DNA of 39,870 nucleotides, taken from the NCBI RefSeq assembly GCF_006345805.1, contig NW_021835528.1, positions 1-39,870 on the forward strand, in the 5' to 3' direction. Under the pieces are notes generated by a model. It saw nothing but the letters and a program-made list of their open reading frames with translations, searched no databases and was not told where the DNA came from. The DNA is from Octopus sinensis. Lineage: Eukaryota. Below, piece after piece: positions 37,913 through 39,870 of the stretch; within the stretch, counting starts at the first letter, position 1, and each line of letters begins with the position of its first letter. A program made the position numbers and the translations under genes.

Positions 37913-38635
37913 CGGAGCAGTGAATAAACTGTTGTCTAAATTACCGCAGTAATGAAAATAACACTGGCATCTCATTTTAACAGATATATTTACCAAAATT
38001 TCATAAAAAATATCTTCATATACTAAAGAGCAAATTTGTTCAATAAAATCGCCATTAGGTTCAACCACGGCCTCCAGACGACTTCGTAATCCCCTGCAAT
38101 TCTTCTGTGTTAGTGTTACAAGGAGTGTTGTTGGTTACTCGATCAGCTCTGATTCACACAATACGAAAGGGGATGCAGTCTGGGGTGTTTTGTGGCTAGA
38201 TGTTCGGAGTAATCTGGTCACAGAAATTGCCTGACATCCATGACTGGGTCCTCCTGCTTGTGTGACAATGGTGCAGAGTCCTGTTGCCAGACGTAGTGTC
38301 TTCCAGCAGCCACTCTCTTGACCGAAGGCAGCACTACCTTCTCCAGGCGCTTGGTGTAGGCCTCCGTGTTGAGTCTGAGATCGCGTGGGAAGGTGAATGG
38401 TAGCATAGCGTAGCCATCACAGAGTGATCACTCAAAACACAATGTTGAATGGCTGTTTGATTTTTATCACGCTCGATATATGTCCTGAGATTGCACTTTT
38501 CTCAGATTGAAATGATCGTATCGGAGCTTCGTGCACGAATGACAAGGAACACAGTTGGTGGTTTCCAAATTCCTGGCATGATAAATTGCGTCGTGGTACT
38601 GTTTTTCTGAGTATAGTTTTGCCCAACTATACATA
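37913..38635 (-). mobile_element. Internally deleted Tc1/mariner element, DD37D (maT)-type transposase pseudogene
   Basis: Minus-strand ORF 38218-38406 reads MLPFTFP..LRLNTEAY..LEKVVLP...YVWQQDSAP. After a frameshift it reads CHTSRRTQSW..NFCD.ITPNI*PQNTPDCIP, and later RSRLEAVVEPNGDFIE. The spacing from the QQD Asp puts the third Asp 37 residues downstream, but that codon is mutated. An N-terminal piece MPGIWK..VFLVIRARSSDT lies at 38480-38580. TA plus a probable terminal repeat CGGAGCAGTGAATAAA starts at 37911; no matching opposite TIR was seen. Confidence 0.85.
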
Positions 38636-38651
38636 TCTGTATAAATATGTA

Positions 38652-38684
<33 letters not shown>

Positions 38685-39396
38685 TGTGTGTGTGTGTGTG
38701 TGGTGTGTGTGTGTGTACGTGTGTGTACATACGTGTCTCATTGCGTTTGTGCTTGTTTGACACAGCCTCTTAACAATCGTCATGAATTTGTTTTCATGTT
38801 CATGTAACTTAGGGGTTTCAGGAAAAAAGTTTTTCACACTAAGTACCTGACTTCAAAAACTGGATTTGATGTCTTCCCTCGACGCGGTGTCACAGTCGTT
38901 CGAATGAAACAAAGAGAGTTTAAAACTCATTGTTCATAATACAGTTATAACCTTCGCTCAACATAAAACTTAAGATTCAATCGTTAACTCAAGGCGATTG
39001 AAATTTAACTAGCAATTGCATCCTATGCCATTCTGTGTGTTTATAACAGCTTCCTGTAACATTATAGACGAAGGACAGATGCAGGGAAACATCCGTGAAG
39101 CTTACTGTCAGTGGTACAAAGTGTATTTATATACACCTTAAAAACACAAACACACAATACACGCACACAAACTTTTGTTTCCGTCTCTCACACTCTCTCT
39201 CCCTCCACCTCCCCTCTCTCTCTCTCTCGGTTTCTCTAATGAATAGCACGAAAGATAGATATATAAAGACGTGCAGTTAAGTATATATACATGTGGGACG
39301 ATCCATATTTATGCCTCTCCCATTATCTCTCCCTGTCTCTCAAACCTTTCTCCTCATCTGTCATTCTCTCTCGCTTTCTCAGTCTATATATATATA

Positions 39397-39460
<64 letters not shown>

Positions 39461-39495
39461 CCTATATATATATATATACCTATATATCATATATA

Positions 39496-39541
<46 letters not shown>

Positions 39542-39796
39542 TTATTTATACATATAATATATATATATTTATACTATATATATATATATTTATACATATA
39601 TATATATATTTATACATATACATATACATATATATATATAGATTTATACATATATATATATATATATTATATATATATATATATACAGACACCAACAAAT
39701 ATATAGACACAAACGCATTCTTAAATGCATACATATATAATATAGTTATATGCCATGTATACATATTTATGCACATATACACATACGTACTTACCT

Positions 39797-39832
39797 CTCT
39801 CACGCTCTCACGCTCTCACGCTCTCACGCTCT
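39797..39832. repeat. (CTCTCACG)4.5 tandem repeat
   Basis: Direct reading. Confidence 0.95.
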
Positions 39833-39870
39833 TTCAGTCTCTCTATAAACTCACGCACACGCTCACACAC

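Overview
No protein-coding gene, tRNA/rRNA gene, CRISPR array or prokaryotic feature can be supported. The window is AT-rich, microsatellite-saturated animal non-coding DNA (intronic or intergenic). The SINE families and repeat load suggest an octopus (coleoid cephalopod) genome; this is an inference. Almost all ORFs in the supplied track are translations of simple repeats. Contents: (1) about 25 tRNA-derived SINE copies in three or four families (A: CORE-like with an internal microsatellite; B: GCCTTTCATCCTTTCGGGGTCGATAAATTAAGTACCAG domain; C: CORE-like); (2) a decayed R4/Dong-like RLE retrotransposon at 28.5-29.8 kb that the ORF track misses, plus a separate short LINE 3' end; (3) an internally deleted DD37D (maT-type) Tc1/mariner element; (4) a probable non-autonomous Helitron 5' end; (5) a hammerhead-ribozyme fold with the U3-A8 core variant in a short TA-flanked unit, and a second more degenerate one; (6) a 2-kb head-to-tail SINE array associated with (ATT)n runs. 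Family names and domain assignments come from recalled consensus motifs, not from database searches. SINE boundaries are approximate (about 10-20 bp).
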